Assembly (NCBI RefSeq): GCF_006345805.1
Contig: NC_043006.1
Span: forward strand, 60,450,001-60,514,000
DNA from: Octopus sinensis
Taxonomy: Eukaryota
Length of the DNA: 64,000 nucleotides
Reading direction: 5' to 3'
The number at the start of each line of letters is the position of its first letter. Position 1 is the stretch's first letter. The notes below the pieces were generated by a model. That model saw nothing but the letters and a program-made list of their open reading frames with translations, had not been told where the DNA came from and ran no database searches. The translations under genes and the position numbers were made by a program. This document shows, in pieces, positions 37,505 through 50,030 of the stretch.

Positions 37505-38140
37505 TCCTTAAAAAAATGTTTTAGCCCGAAGGCCGCGGCCATGCTGGGGCACCACCACTGAATGAGCTACACTAATTTGTGAATCCACCTCTGATACGTG
37601 GCACTTGATCAACAAGGGAGTTCGATGCTGCTGCCCGCATCTGTCTCCTGTCGTGAAGTAGGTTCATTTGGGACTCCCGACGAGAAGAGATCCAGTTTAA
37701 TTTTAAAGAAACCCACATCCACACCATGTAAGTCTCTCAGGCATTTAGAGAGGATGTTAAAGAGCTGTAGTCCTCTGAAACCCAAGCTGTTGCAGTATCT
37801 GGACCTGTATTTTGATGGTGATGTTGGAATCCTTGGCACCATGCAGTGGCGCCCCGTTGTGCGGTTGGGGTAACTTTGAATGCCAAAGTTTGGGTCAAGA
37901 CCCTCCAGGATTTCCAGATGTATATCACCGCATATCTCTCCCGCCTCCACTCTAGGGAGAAGAAGTTTAATACCTTCAGTCTTTCCCAGTAGCTGATATT
38001 TTGCATTGAGACGATTTTCTTTGTGTAGCTTCTCTGAATTGCTTCGAGTTCTGCTGTTAGTTTTATATTGTGTGGTGACCACAGTTGGGAGCAGTAGTCC
38101 AAGCGGCTGAGGACGAATGTTTTCCGTAGGACCATCAGTG
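37505..38140 (-). mobile_element. CR1-like LINE, 3' end
   Basis: [17 protein letters not shown]...LEAIQRSYTK...WERLKVLNFFSLEWRRERYAVIYIWK; 3' tail at ~37505-37560. Confidence 0.9.
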
Positions 38141-38265
38141 TCTCCTATGTGTGTGTGTGTGTGTGTGTGTATGTGTGTGTGTATATATACATATGTATAT
38201 ATATGTATATGTAAATGCATATATATGCATATATATATACACATATATAAATATACATATATATT

Positions 38266-38316
<51 letters not shown>

Positions 38317-38321
<5 letters not shown>

Positions 38322-38912
38322 ACAATGAGGGTCTTTGCAACAGGTTGCTAGACCACATACCGAAAGTATTAGAAATAGCAGCCAGACGACTGTTATTTCT
38401 TTTACTACAAAAATATGTCCCACAAACAACAGTATTTGTAACTCACTATGGCAAAAAAATAAAACGAAGAAAAACAACGAAATCAAACGATGTCCGGTCA
38501 ATTATGGACGCACGTTTCTGGATTAAAATCAGAGATTCATTTCCTTTATCAACATAATATTCCGATAAATAAATCTGAAAATGCTAGAAAAATCTTACCA
38601 CCATATTCCGAACAAGCGACATCGGACAAATAGAAGCCCACCAGCATATCCACATTTATATGGACAAGTGAATTCGTATCTCCCTCCAGAATTTACCCCA
38701 CGTGAGTCACAAATAATACTGCCGAAAATGAATTCGTAGTTCCGTCGTAGGGGAATAAAATAATCAATACAGATAAAGGGTGAACTATGGTCTAGCAACC
38801 TGTTGCAAAGACCCTTATTGTTATAATTATATATAATTATACCGAATATGGTCCTTTTTCATACCCAAAAACTACTTTGTTGATTTTATTAAATTAATTA
38901 TATTTCACCCTT
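38317..38912. mobile_element. Diverged member of the HHR-unit family, 39-bp inverted arms (38317-38355 / 38788-38826), decayed HHR 38503-38555 (-)
   Basis: Minus strand TTGATAA...GAAA-CGTGCG-TC is homologous to 23403-23454; (TA)n on both sides. Confidence 0.7.
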
Positions 38913-38914
38913 TA

Positions 38915-38977
<63 letters not shown>

Positions 38978-38979
<2 letters not shown>

Positions 38980-39362
38980 TCTTTTTACACTTTTACTTGT
39001 TTCAGTCATTTGACTGTGGCCATGCTGGAGCACCGCCTTTAGTCGAAGAAATCGACCCCAGGACTTATTCTTTGTAAGCCTAGTACTTATTCCATCGGTC
39101 TCTTTTGCCGAAACGCTAAGTTACGGAGACATAAACACACCAGCATTAGTTGTCAAGCGATGCTGGGGGACAAACTCAGACACACACACACGTATATACG
39201 ACGGGCATCTTTCAGTTTCCATCTACCAAATCCACTCACAAGGCTTTGGTCGGCCCGAAGCTATAGTAGAAGACACTTGCGCAAGGTGCCGCGCAGTAGG
39301 ACTGAAACCAGAACCCTGTGGTTGGTAAGCAACCTACTTAACACACAGTCACTCCTGCGACT
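38978..39362 (-). mobile_element. SINE family B, near full length
   Basis: tRNA-like head, GGAAACTGAAAGA core, 3' CCAGCATGGCCACAGTCAAATGACTGAAACAAGTAAAAG tail. Confidence 0.9.
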
Positions 39363-39796
39363 ATGTACACACACATACACACACATATATATTGATTAGT
39401 TATTGGATTCATTAGCATCTAAGCACATCAATACGGAGGACATCAATTGGTAGGTACAACAGCATAGGTTTTACAGTGAAATAAATCCACCCTGAAGATA
39501 TCATGTGTTGCTAGGGCAGTGTAGATATGTAAGTTTCAAATCCAGTAACTGTCAATCGGAACCATGCCGTACGTGTAAGAATGAAGATGAATCAAATTTA
39601 AAATTTACAGCAGCTGTTTTGGTAGAGTTGTATATGGTATATTCATAGATTACGTCATAGAATATATCGAACCATATTTGGGTAAAATTTTAACCTGGTG
39701 GAAACAAGTGAGATGAGAAATTTAACCAACATATTTGGATGAGTGTTATTGAAAAAAATAAACATTCTAATTTATAGAGAAATTAAAATGAGTTAT

Positions 39797-42700
39797 ATTC
39801 ATCATCATCATCATCATCATCATTTAGCGTCCGCTTTCCATGCTAGCATGGGTTGGACGGTTCAACTGGGGTCTGTGAAGCCAGAAGGCTGCATCAGTCC
39901 CAGTCTGATCTGGCAGTGTTTCTACGGCTGGATGCCCTTCCTAACGCCAACCACTCCGTGAGTGTAGTGGGTGCTTTTTACGTGACACCCGCACAGGTGC
40001 CAGACGGAGCTGGCAAACGGCCACGGACGGATGGTGCTTTTTACGTGCCACCGGCACGAGGCCAGTCGGGGCGGCGCTGGCAACGGTCACGAACGGATGG
40101 TTCTCTTACGTGCCACCGGCACTGGTAACTCAGCTGCAATTTCTATTGATAGATTTCGATTCTGATCCTCACTTGCCTCAACAGGTCTTCACAAGTAGAG
40201 TTTTGTATCCCAAGAAGGGAAGGTATGCATACGTGGGCTGGCTACATCCCATGTAGAAGGCCACGGGTTATGGTCTCACTTGTCCTGCCGGGTCTTCTCG
40301 CGCACAGCATACTTCCAGAGGTCTCGGTCTCTAGTCATTTCCTCAGTGAGACCTAAAGTTCGAAGGTCGTGCTTCACCACCTCGTCCCAGGTTTTCCTGG
40401 GTCTGCCTCTTCCACAGGTTCCCTCAACCGCCAGGGTGTGGCACTTTTTCACACAACTATCTTCATCCATTCTCGCCACATCCCCTACCAGCGCAAACGT
40501 CTCTCTTGCACACCACAACTGATGCTTCTTAGGTCCAGCTTTTCTCTCAAGGTACTTACACTCTGTCGAGTATGAGTACTGACATTACGCATCCATCGGA
40601 GCATACTGGCTTCATTTCTTGCGAGCTTACGCATATCCTCAGCAGTCACGGCCCATGTTTCACTGCCATGTAGCATGGCTGTTCGTACACACGCATTATA
40701 CAGTCTGCCTTTTACTCTGAGCGAGAGGCCTTTTGTCATCAGCAGAGGTAAGAGCTCTCTGAACTTTACCCAAGCTATTCTTACTCTAGCAGTTACACTT
40801 TCAGCACACCCGCCCCCGCTGCTGACTTGGTCACCTAGGTAACGGAAGCTATCAACTATTTCTAGTTTTTCTCCCTGGAAAGTGACGGAAGTGACGGTCT
40901 CAGAGCATTTTCAGTGTTTATTGTTCCTGAGCATCTGCCACATACAAAAACCATCTTCCTAGTTAGCTTACACTTGGTGCATCTTATAGAGTTTCTACCT
41001 ACACCTTTTCTACAGATCGAGCAGGGCCATCTACCTGAAGGCGTTTGTGATTTGTCTACCTTCCTACTGATTACGACTTTGGTTTTAGCTAGATTGACTC
41101 TAAGGCCCTTCGATTCTAATCCTTGTTTCCACACCTGAAACTTTTCCTCCGGTTCTGATAGTGACTCAGCAATTAGAGCAAGGTCATCAGCATAGAGGAG
41201 CTCCCAAGGGCATCCTGTCTTGAATTCCTCCGTTATTGCCTGGAGGACTATGATAAATAGGAGGGGGCTGAGGACTGAGCCTTGGTGGACCCCTACCTCT
41301 ACCCGGAATTCTTCACTGTACTCGTTGCCAACCCTCACCTTACTAGCAGCGTCCCTGTACATGGCTCGCACAGCTCTCACTAACCATTCATCTATCCCTA
41401 GTTTCCTCATTGATCACCAGATAAGGGATCGGGGGACCCTGTCGAATGCTTTCTCCATGTCAACAAAAGCCATGTACAGGGGCTTATCTTTGGCTAGGTA
41501 TTTCTCCTGCAGCTGCCTTACCAGGAATATAGCATTAGTGGTACTTTTCCCTGGCACGAACCCAAACTGCATCTCATCTAAACTAACTCTCTCTCTAATT
41601 AGTTGCGTTATGACCCTCTCCGTAACCTTCATCACCTGATCCAACAGCTTGATAACTCTGTAATTATTTGTATCTAGGGCGTCACCTTACCTTTAGCTTT
41701 GTAGCAGTTGACTATTATGCTGCTACACCAGTCATTGGGTATGACTCCTTCGTGTATCACCTGATTAACTATACGGGTGACTAGGCTATAGCCGACACTA
41801 CCAGATATTTTGAGCATCTCTGCAGTGATTCCTGATGGGCCTGGGGCTTTCCCTGTCTTCATGCTTCTAATTGCCTTAACTACCAAGGAACTATCAACTC
41901 GGATATCTGGTCCCTCTGTTGGGTCAACATTCGGCAGACTCTCTTTATCCCATTCATTTTCTTTATTCAGCAACCTTTCATAGTGGCGTCTTCAAACCTC
42001 TCTCTTTGTATCCTCATTTAGCGCAAGTGAACCATCTTCCATGCGAACACACTTCTCTCCTACCACATCACGATTCTCTCTCACACACTGTCTTGCAACG
42101 CGAAACACCTCCAGTCTTTGGTCCTCACGGCGCAGAACATTGGCAAATTTTTTCTTATCTGCTTCCCCTCTGGCTAAATAAACCTGTCTCCTAGCTTCTC
42201 TTTTGGCAGTCTGATACAATTCCCTGCTACCCCCATTTTTCCAGTCCTTCCAAGCCTGTCTCTTTTCTCTAATAGCCCTGTCTACAACATTGTTCCACCA
42301 CCACGTTATTCTAGGTCGAGAGGGGACTTTGCACCAGCCACAGATCTGGTCAGTGGCTCTCAGCAGGTTGTCCCTTAGAAACGTCCAGTTTACCCCCTGT
42401 GAGGCTCTATCCCCTTCTACTTCGTCAAAGGCTTCAAGTAATATGTCCCTAAATCTCTGTCCATTTGCAGGATCTTTAAGCTTCCAGATCCCTCTTCTCC
42501 ATGTTGGTCGTCTTCTGGTTGTCCCCCTAGTCCTGATCCTAAAGTCACTAACTACCAGTCTATGTTGTGGGGTACATTCTTCGCCTGGGAAGGTTTTGGC
42601 ATTTATAAGCAGCCATCTCTCCCTTTGCCTGGCAAGGATGTTGTCAATTTGGCTGGTATGTTGGCCCAATCGGTAAGTGACTAGGTGGCTGGTAGGTTTC

Positions 42701-43027
42701 CTGAAGTTAGTGTTGCAAATCATAAGATTATTTGCATCGCAGAACTCCAGCAGCCTTGTTCCCTCCTCGTTGCGGGAACCATAGCCATATCCTCCATGTA
42801 CGCTATGGAAGCCCCCAGCATGTCGTCCAACGTGACCATTGAAGTCACCAGCCACAAAGAGAAGGTCTCTGTCGTTCGTCAACGAGGTAGTCTGCAGTAG
42901 AGTGTCATAGAATCGGTCTTTCTGTCCATCGGGTAGCCCCGACTGAGGAGCATAGGCTGATATAATGGTTGCTAAACTATGATGAAGCACTAATTTAATT
43001 TTAAGTATTCTGTCACATACTCTGATT
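39797..43027 (-). mobile_element. RTE-clade LINE, 5'-truncated within the APE domain, frameshifted ORF, (ATG)n tail
   Basis: SAYAPQ, GDFNGHVG, CNTNFRK (APE); QFGFVPGKST, AFVDMEKAFDRVP, GVHQGSVLSPLLF, LLYADDL (RT); ORF ends at 40276; ~450-bp 3' UTR. Confidence 0.95.
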
Positions 43028-43689
43028 ACCTCAATTATTGATATTAATAATGTTATTATTCCTGTCATCAACTCCATCAGCGTCATCATCATCATCATCA
43101 TCATCACCATCATCACCATCAACATCACCACCATCTTTACCATTATCATTGATACTACTTGTATTGCGACGGCCTATGTTGATATTACCTCGATTTATCC
43201 CCGTTATATTATTATTTAGATTATACAAACATGAAAATGAACTTCTTATAATTTTATCCTCTATTACTTAAAGATATGATAATATTTAGTGGATGGGGGA
43301 ACATTTTTTTATGTAAAAATATGCGAATCACTTAGAAGATTTCATAATTATATTCGTTGTACGAGGTGGATTACACCAGAATACATCATCCCTGTATGAG
43401 TTCAGCCGGCTTTTGGATTTGCGATATCTAAATTTGCGTAATTTAAGGGTACCACTTAGATTATCAGTACCGCTATACTTACTCTAGTGTTGTTAATTAT
43501 GTTTTGACATTCACTGCTATAATTACCGTTCGAATGAAGACCATTAGTTTTGGCAAAATTATCACCACAAACATTATACTTGTTAAATTCCCACACAGGT
43601 CTATTATTATTACGAATGTCAATCATAGAACTATTAGTGTCAGTATTAATATTGGTCAATTAATATTATTATAGGGGTCAGTTTGAGAA

Positions 43690-44490
43690 AGATACGAACG
43701 CCAAGATAGATACAGAAGACCGGTAGCTATGGATGAGAAGGTGTGACATGAAGATAGAGAGAGAAGTACTTATATATGCGGTACACGAACAAGCGTCAAG
43801 GGCTAACTATGTGAAGTGCAAAATCGACAACACTACCGACAGCGGCAAATGCAGAATGTTTGGTGAGAGGGGTGAAACGGTATGGCACATCGTTAGCGAA
43901 TGCCCGAAATTGGCACAACGTGAATAAAAACGACGACATGATAATGTGGAAAGAATGATCCATTGGGAAGTCTGTGGAAAACACGGCCTACAAAGAGCAA
44001 AATCGTGGTATGAGAAAATTCCAGAAGGAGTCACCGAGAATGAGAATTGCAAAATCCTGTGGGATGCAATGATTCAGTGCGATAACTTGACCAGACATCG
44101 GAAACCTGATATTATTGTGATAAATAAAAAAGAAAGAACATGCATGATAATGGATATAGCATATACCGGTGACAACAGGATCAAAGAGAAAGAAGAAAAA
44201 CTATACAACTACGACGATTTGAAGTGGGAAGGTTGTGGTCAGTAAAGAGAGTTAACATGATAGCAAAATTAATTTGCGCACTTGGAAGTATCAGCAGTCA
44301 ACCGCCAGCATAGCTCAAAAAGATTGGTACAAATGTAAATATAGTACCCTTACACAAATAAGCTTTGCTTAGAACTGTAAGAGTTCTACGCACGGTTCTC
44401 AAAGGGCGACCAGTAAACAATTGTTACCTTAGTCTGCTGGTTGTGGACTGCTGACACTTTCCATCATACCCAGCAAAATAAGCTGAGTTC
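43690..44490 (+). mobile_element. R4/Dong-like RLE retrotransposon 3' fragment, copy 1
   Basis: KCRMFGERGETVWHIVSECPKLA, RHD...IHWEVC, RKPDIIV...MDIA (CCHC-like finger plus PD..D nuclease). Confidence 0.85.
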
Positions 44491-44537
44491 TCATAAATAA
44501 TAATAGCAACAACAACAACAACAAATATAATAAAAAT

Positions 44538-45150
44538 AATAAGGAATATCATTCACAGACACGACAGAGTTGGGACCTACATACACTCACTGGAAGCTAT
44601 GCCAACACGATGGAATAACAACAGAAAACAGATGGTATAGGCACACGCCAGAAAAGGTAACAGAAAACGTGAAAGCAACCATACTCTGGCATATGCCAAT
44701 ACACACAGATACAGAAATTAAGGTCAATAGGCCAGATATAGTTGTCAGAGATCATTTAGTAAAAAATACTTTCTAATTGATCTATCAATACCAACAGATG
44801 ACAACGTTTCTCTAAAAGAAATGGAGAAACTTTTAAAATACAAAAACCTGGAAATAGAGGTAACTCGAATGTGGAATCTAAAAACAGAAGCAATTCCTAT
44901 CATAGTGGGCGCATTAGGTATCGTTAAAAAATACTCAGACAAATACATAACAAAAATACCAGGACTTACAAATATATACAACATACAGAAAATTGCACTA
45001 CTGTGCACTGCACACAGCCTACGCAAAACACTTTCAATACAGTAACCATAAGAGCATCACAGCAAACCACAGCACATACCGAAGGCACACGGAGCTGCGC
45101 TCGGTATTGAAGTGAAAGCACGCTATAAAAATAAAACTACTGAATTTTAA
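44538..45150 (+). mobile_element. R4/Dong-like RLE retrotransposon 3' fragment, copy 2 (distinct sequence) with 3' UTR
   Basis: RHDRVGTYIHWKLC, NRPDIVV, KYKNLEIEVTRMW...IPIIVGALG...QKIALL; stop at 45045. Confidence 0.88.
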
Positions 45151-45414
45151 TAATAAGTGGCTCTCATGACTTCTGATCTTAACTGATTGGAAGTGATATC
45201 ATGTGAACCGAATACACTAACCACTAAGCCATGCGCCTTCATATATCTATTTTTCTATCTCTATATATAATTATCTGATGTATTCATCGATTACATCATG
45301 ACATATAATGCACTATCTTCAGGTAAAATTTTAAACAGGTATTAATGGGTGAGATAATACATTCATCATTGTGAATCCAACTAACACTTTTGGATAAGTA
45401 ATATCTTCAAAAAT

Positions 45415-45695
45415 TTGGCTGTGTAACAAGACGTTTGCTTTCGAACCACATGGTTCCGGGTCCAGTCCCGCGGCGTAGCACCTTGGGGAAGTGTCTTGTA
45501 CTATAGCCTCGGGCTGACTAAAGATTTTTGAGTGGATTTTGTAGACGGAAACTGAAAGAAGCCCGTCGTATGTACAGACGTGTGCGTGAATAGGCTTGTG
45601 TGTGTGTGTGACTTTGTGCTCGTGTTTGTCCCAACCATCGTTTGACAACCGGTGCTGTGTGTTTATGTCGCCGTAACTTAACGGTTCGGTGACGA
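45415..45695 (+). mobile_element. SINE family B, 5' two-thirds
   Basis: Colinear with 38978-39362. Confidence 0.8.
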
Positions 45696-45705
45696 GAAAC
45701 TAGCA

Positions 45706-46246
45706 TAATGTAAGCTTCCGAAAGTTGCTGTTTCTGATTTTCATTGAGTTCATGTAGAACTCACTTATCCAACTTTTTAACTTAACCGATTTGAACCAGG
45801 TGAGTCATAATTGCTTGCTTGCTAACACCAAACAACAACGATAATTCACGGGCACTTTGAGATGAATATGACTCGATGGTGGCTTTCAGTTCATCGTTAT
45901 CCACCTTTGTTTCTGGTCGACCGCGTTGCTCATTATTGTCTGCTGTGTAATAATGAAAAAAATGAAATACTCCATTAATATTCCGAGCTGTCTGTGATGC
46001 TGTATTTTCAAGAAAGAACTCACATTTCAAAACTGTACGAATTTCCGATTTATCCATCTCTAAACAAAAATAGTAAACAAGATTTATAAATACTTCATAA
46101 AGCGCAAAATGTGTTAGAATAAAGAAATAGATGTGTCAGCTTTCTAACAAAAAATAATGGCTGTCAAAATATAATAATGGCCCAAAATGAGCAGCTGTCA
46201 AAATTTACCATATACTTTACAACAAATTTCATACTTGATGACCTAA
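45706..46246 (-). mobile_element. Mariner 5' half with internal deletion
   Basis: MDKSEIRTVLKCEF...RGRPETKVDNDELKA...ARELS; TA-TTAGGTCATC terminus at 46248-46237. Confidence 0.85.
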
Positions 46247-46479
46247 TATTTCATAGCCAAAACTGTTTTTCTTTACTTTTCCTTCGTTCTTTTAATCTAT
46301 AGACAAATACCAACGATGGGTTTCCAAATAAACAGAACAAAATAGGTACTCCTCCCTTCAATCTGATGTCAGTTCTTACTACTCTAGTATTTTCTTCGTA
46401 CTCCTTAATATAGCCTTAATTTTCACTAAAATGAAACTCCTGTTTTACTACGGACCAGATAGATACTATTCTACTTGCT

Positions 46480-47030
46480 TGAACTACAGATGTAAAGTTT
46501 GAAAGACAATTTTGAACTAAAAAAGATAGGCCCAACAATTTCGATATCACAATGGGATCTAGTATCTCTGGCCATGTCACTCTGCTTCTTAGTATCTATT
46601 TGTTATAGTGCTTACGGGAATTTTTCCTAATTTGACTGGAAGTCTATATAAGGACCGTGCATTGTTTATCCTTCGTAGCCACAGTAAGCTATATATTGAG
46701 AGAATTAGGAAGAAACTAAGAAAATTGTTTAAAAACTATCATCTAGGCATTACTTTTGAATATAATCTTCGGTTCGCAAATTTTTAGATGTAACTTTGGA
46801 TCGCCAGCATCGTCAACCACTTAAGACCACGACTTATGTAAGCCGCTTTTCAAACCACCTCTCGAGTGTAATAAATTCAGTATATGGGTATATATTAGTA
46901 TATAGTATATATATTAGTAGATAGTACAAGAGAACGTCACACTTCTTTGCTAATGAGAATCTCTTTGATGCCTATGCTAATCCTTATAACGAAGCCTTAA
47001 TAAAAGCGGTATATAAACAAACCGCTATCT
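46480..47030 (+). pseudogene. Decayed PLE RT relic, same type as 18458-19772
   Basis: NFDITMGS, GSLYKDRAL (decayed YRDDGL), IERIRKKLRKLFKNYHLGITFEYNLRFANF, PYNEALIKA. Confidence 0.75.
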
Positions 47031-47149
47031 ATTTCTTCGCGACTAGTAAAATGAGAGATCATAGAATAGGGATTAGTACGAACAAACACACACGCGCGCA
47101 TACACACACACTCATACACATACATAATCACATATAAAAGCATATCTAT

Positions 47150-47525
47150 ACAGGCGCAGAAATGGCTGTGTGGTAAGTCATAGGCGCAGGAGTGGTAAGT
47201 AGCTTGCTTACCAATCACATGGATCTGGGTTCAGTCCAAGTGTCTTCTGCTATAGCCCCAGGCCGACCAAAGTGGAAACTGAAAGAAGCCCGTTATATAT
47301 ATGTATATATATATATATATATATGGGTGTGTATATGTTTGTGTGTGTCTGTGCTTGACAATCGATGCCGCTGTGTTAACGTTCCCGTAACTTAGCGGTT
47401 CGGCAAAAGAGACTGATAGAATAAGTACTAGGCTTACAAAGAATAGGTCCTGGGGTCGATTTGCTTGACTGAAGGTGGTGTTCCATCGTGGCCGCAGTCA
47501 AATGACTGAAACAAGTGAAAGAATA
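47150..47525 (+). mobile_element. SINE family B with duplicated head and internal deletions
   Basis: AGGCGCAG..TGG(CTGTGTG)GTAAGT occurs twice; 3' tail intact. Confidence 0.85.
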
Positions 47526-47644
47526 TATATATACCCACTTACAAGAAGATATATGTATACATATGTTCATAAAATCGTATGTGTCTGTGTATACAATTGA
47601 TAGAAAGAATGAATGGAAAAGAGAGAGAGATAGAGAGAGAGAGA

Positions 47645-47646
47645 TT

Positions 47647-47708
<62 letters not shown>

Positions 47709-47712
47709 GAGA
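47645..47712. repeat. (GATA)n microsatellite
   Basis: Direct reading. Confidence 0.95.
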
Positions 47713-48199
47713 TAGAGAGCGCATGCGAAAGAGAGAAAGAGAGAGTGAAAGAGAGGGAAAGAAAGAGAGACAGAGACAGACAGACCGACGGAGAGAAATA
47801 GGCATGTAATTCTATATTTACTCGGACAACCATAGCTGCAAGAAAGAAATAGTTGTTTGATTTTATCCAGCTGTTCAATGTTTAGATATCAGTTCAGTTA
47901 ATGTTAATGTTACAAGTAGAATTATGAGATTCAGAGTAGGAACCCGAGGAGATAGACAAATTCGACAAATTTCCGCATGTTCGACATGTGAGTTGCTCAT
48001 TGGCACAATACTGTTTAAGGCAATATACATATCGAATTAACCACAGTTGCATGAATCTATGTGATCTCGAGAATTCATTGAGATGTAGTTGTGAGTAAGT
48101 TGTTTCCCCTGCAGGAATTTGAACGTGAATCAACTATAATTTCTAGCTTAAAATTTGGTAAAGTATTAATGATATATATTATTATATATATCATTATAT

Positions 48200-48335
48200 C
48201 AGCTCAGGCATGGTTTTGTGGTAAGGGGTTTGATTCACAACCCCATGGATTCGGTTTCAATCCCACTTCGTAGCACCTTAGGCAAGTAGATGTCTTCTAT
48301 ATTTCCCGGTCAGCCAAAGACTTCTGAGCGTATTT
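48200..48335 (+). mobile_element. SINE family B head, degenerate
   Basis: GTGGTAAG...GGTTTCAATCCCACT...GCACCTTAGGCAAG. Confidence 0.65.
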
Positions 48336-48626
48336 GATTGATAATAATAATAATAATAATAATTGTGTACAGTGCTCAGGTGCACTACAACTCATCTAAA
48401 AATTGAAATAAGCCCGTGGTATCTCTCTCCCCCACTCTCTCTCTCGGTTTTTCCCTCTCTTCACTTTTTTCCTCATTTCTTTCTGTCAAAATACCTAAGC
48501 ACGAAACTCAGGGGCCTTTCTGGTTTTTTCGTGATAGTCAAAATAATACACCCATGTTATTTTCTCACCGGACTCTTCCTTTTGTTTTTTGTACATTTAA
48601 ACCATATATATATATATATATATATA

Positions 48627-48840
48627 TTATAATTAGGGCTCAGCAAAGTAGAGGAAATAGCTAAGGTTCTTTGGCTGCTATTTCTAAACTTCGTTATGTG
48701 CTAAAGCAAATCTTTGCTGAACCCTAATTATAAAATATTACTTAAGTTTACCGAAAAATGTTCCTTTTTCATGCCGAATTCTACTTGGTGAAATTATTGA
48801 TTAGTAGTTAATTAATTAATTTTACCCTTTGTTATTATTG

Positions 48841-48842
<2 letters not shown>
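48627..48842. mobile_element. Short rearranged member of the HHR-unit family, 22-bp inverted arms (48627-48648 / 48712-48733)
   Basis: AATTAGGGCT... start, GGCTGCTATTTCTA block, TAATTTTACCCT end; (TA)n on both sides. Confidence 0.65.
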
Positions 48843-48893
<51 letters not shown>

Positions 48894-49499
48894 GTATTAT
48901 GTATGTACGTGCGCGCGCGCATGTGTGCTAACCAGAGTTGGTTCAGTGTGAGAGATTGCAAGAATAGGTGCCACACTCAAAGAAACAAAGGTACCGTATT
49001 CGACTTGTTCGACTGAAACACCTGAGTTCAATAACTGAAACAGGCAAAAGATGAAATGTAAAAGATTAAAGATATTGTGTAATATATATTTATGTTACGA
49101 GTGGAAACAATATAGAATTACAATTTTAATATCTTCTTTACTGCAGTGTGATTCCGACGTAGGAAATTGCTTCAAAGGTGTTACAAATTACACAATAAAG
49201 TTGAAACACATAACACAGATAGCATAAGTAAAAGACAGAGGCAAAAATATAGAGGTAAAGAGAAACATAATGTAGGGTTATACGAATATAATCTAACATA
49301 AGATATTTTCTGAATTTTCGTTTAGTTGCTCTAGATATAGCGTTGCGCTAAAAGTCTTGCTTAATTTTATTCAACAGTCATTCATAAACCTCGACTACCG
49401 TAATGCACAGTGTGCGTAAGGTATTTGAGGATATACTTTTTTAGGTAATTGCTGCATTTTTTTGCTAACTCTGAATAATCTTTGTTTCAGAAAACAATA

Positions 49500-50030
49500 A
49501 TGGCAGGCTCTCAGTTTACTCGAGAAATGGAGAGGCATGCTGTTATTGTGGTTATAAGGGCTGAGCATTGCGAATTAGAAATATCTCGATTTTAAAAGTT
49601 GCAAGATCTTTGGTCTACAAAGTTTGTTTGGAGTTAGGAACAGAAGATAAAACGTATTACCAGTGCTAAAGCATTAAAAACATTCTAAACACTTTGAAAT
49701 CATTGTTAAGATCTGGATAGATAGTGTATGCAATGAAATGCCATATGTGTTTCAGCAACATAGGAATGGATGGCTAAAAATGTTCATGATCACATAACCC
49801 CTAACATTTAGCCTCCTTATTTCCCATTAGACTATTACATGTGGAGCGTTGTTGAAAGAGAGATCAATGAACACGCCCGTAACACCGAATATTCTTTGAA
49901 AGCTATCATGATGAGAGTAATGTCCAAAATAAACCAGGATCATTTTATTCGACTATGTAGATGATTTAGATCTCGTAAAGAAGCAGTTGCTGAAGCTGAA
50001 GTGGCTTTATTGAATAACATGATAGAAAAG
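49500..50030 (+). mobile_element. Tc1/mariner (maT/DD37D-like) relic with internal deletion
   Basis: MAGSQFTREMERHAVIV...VARSLVYKV; EWMAKNVHDHITPNI*PP...LDYYMWSVVE...FRSRKEAVAEAE. Confidence 0.65.
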
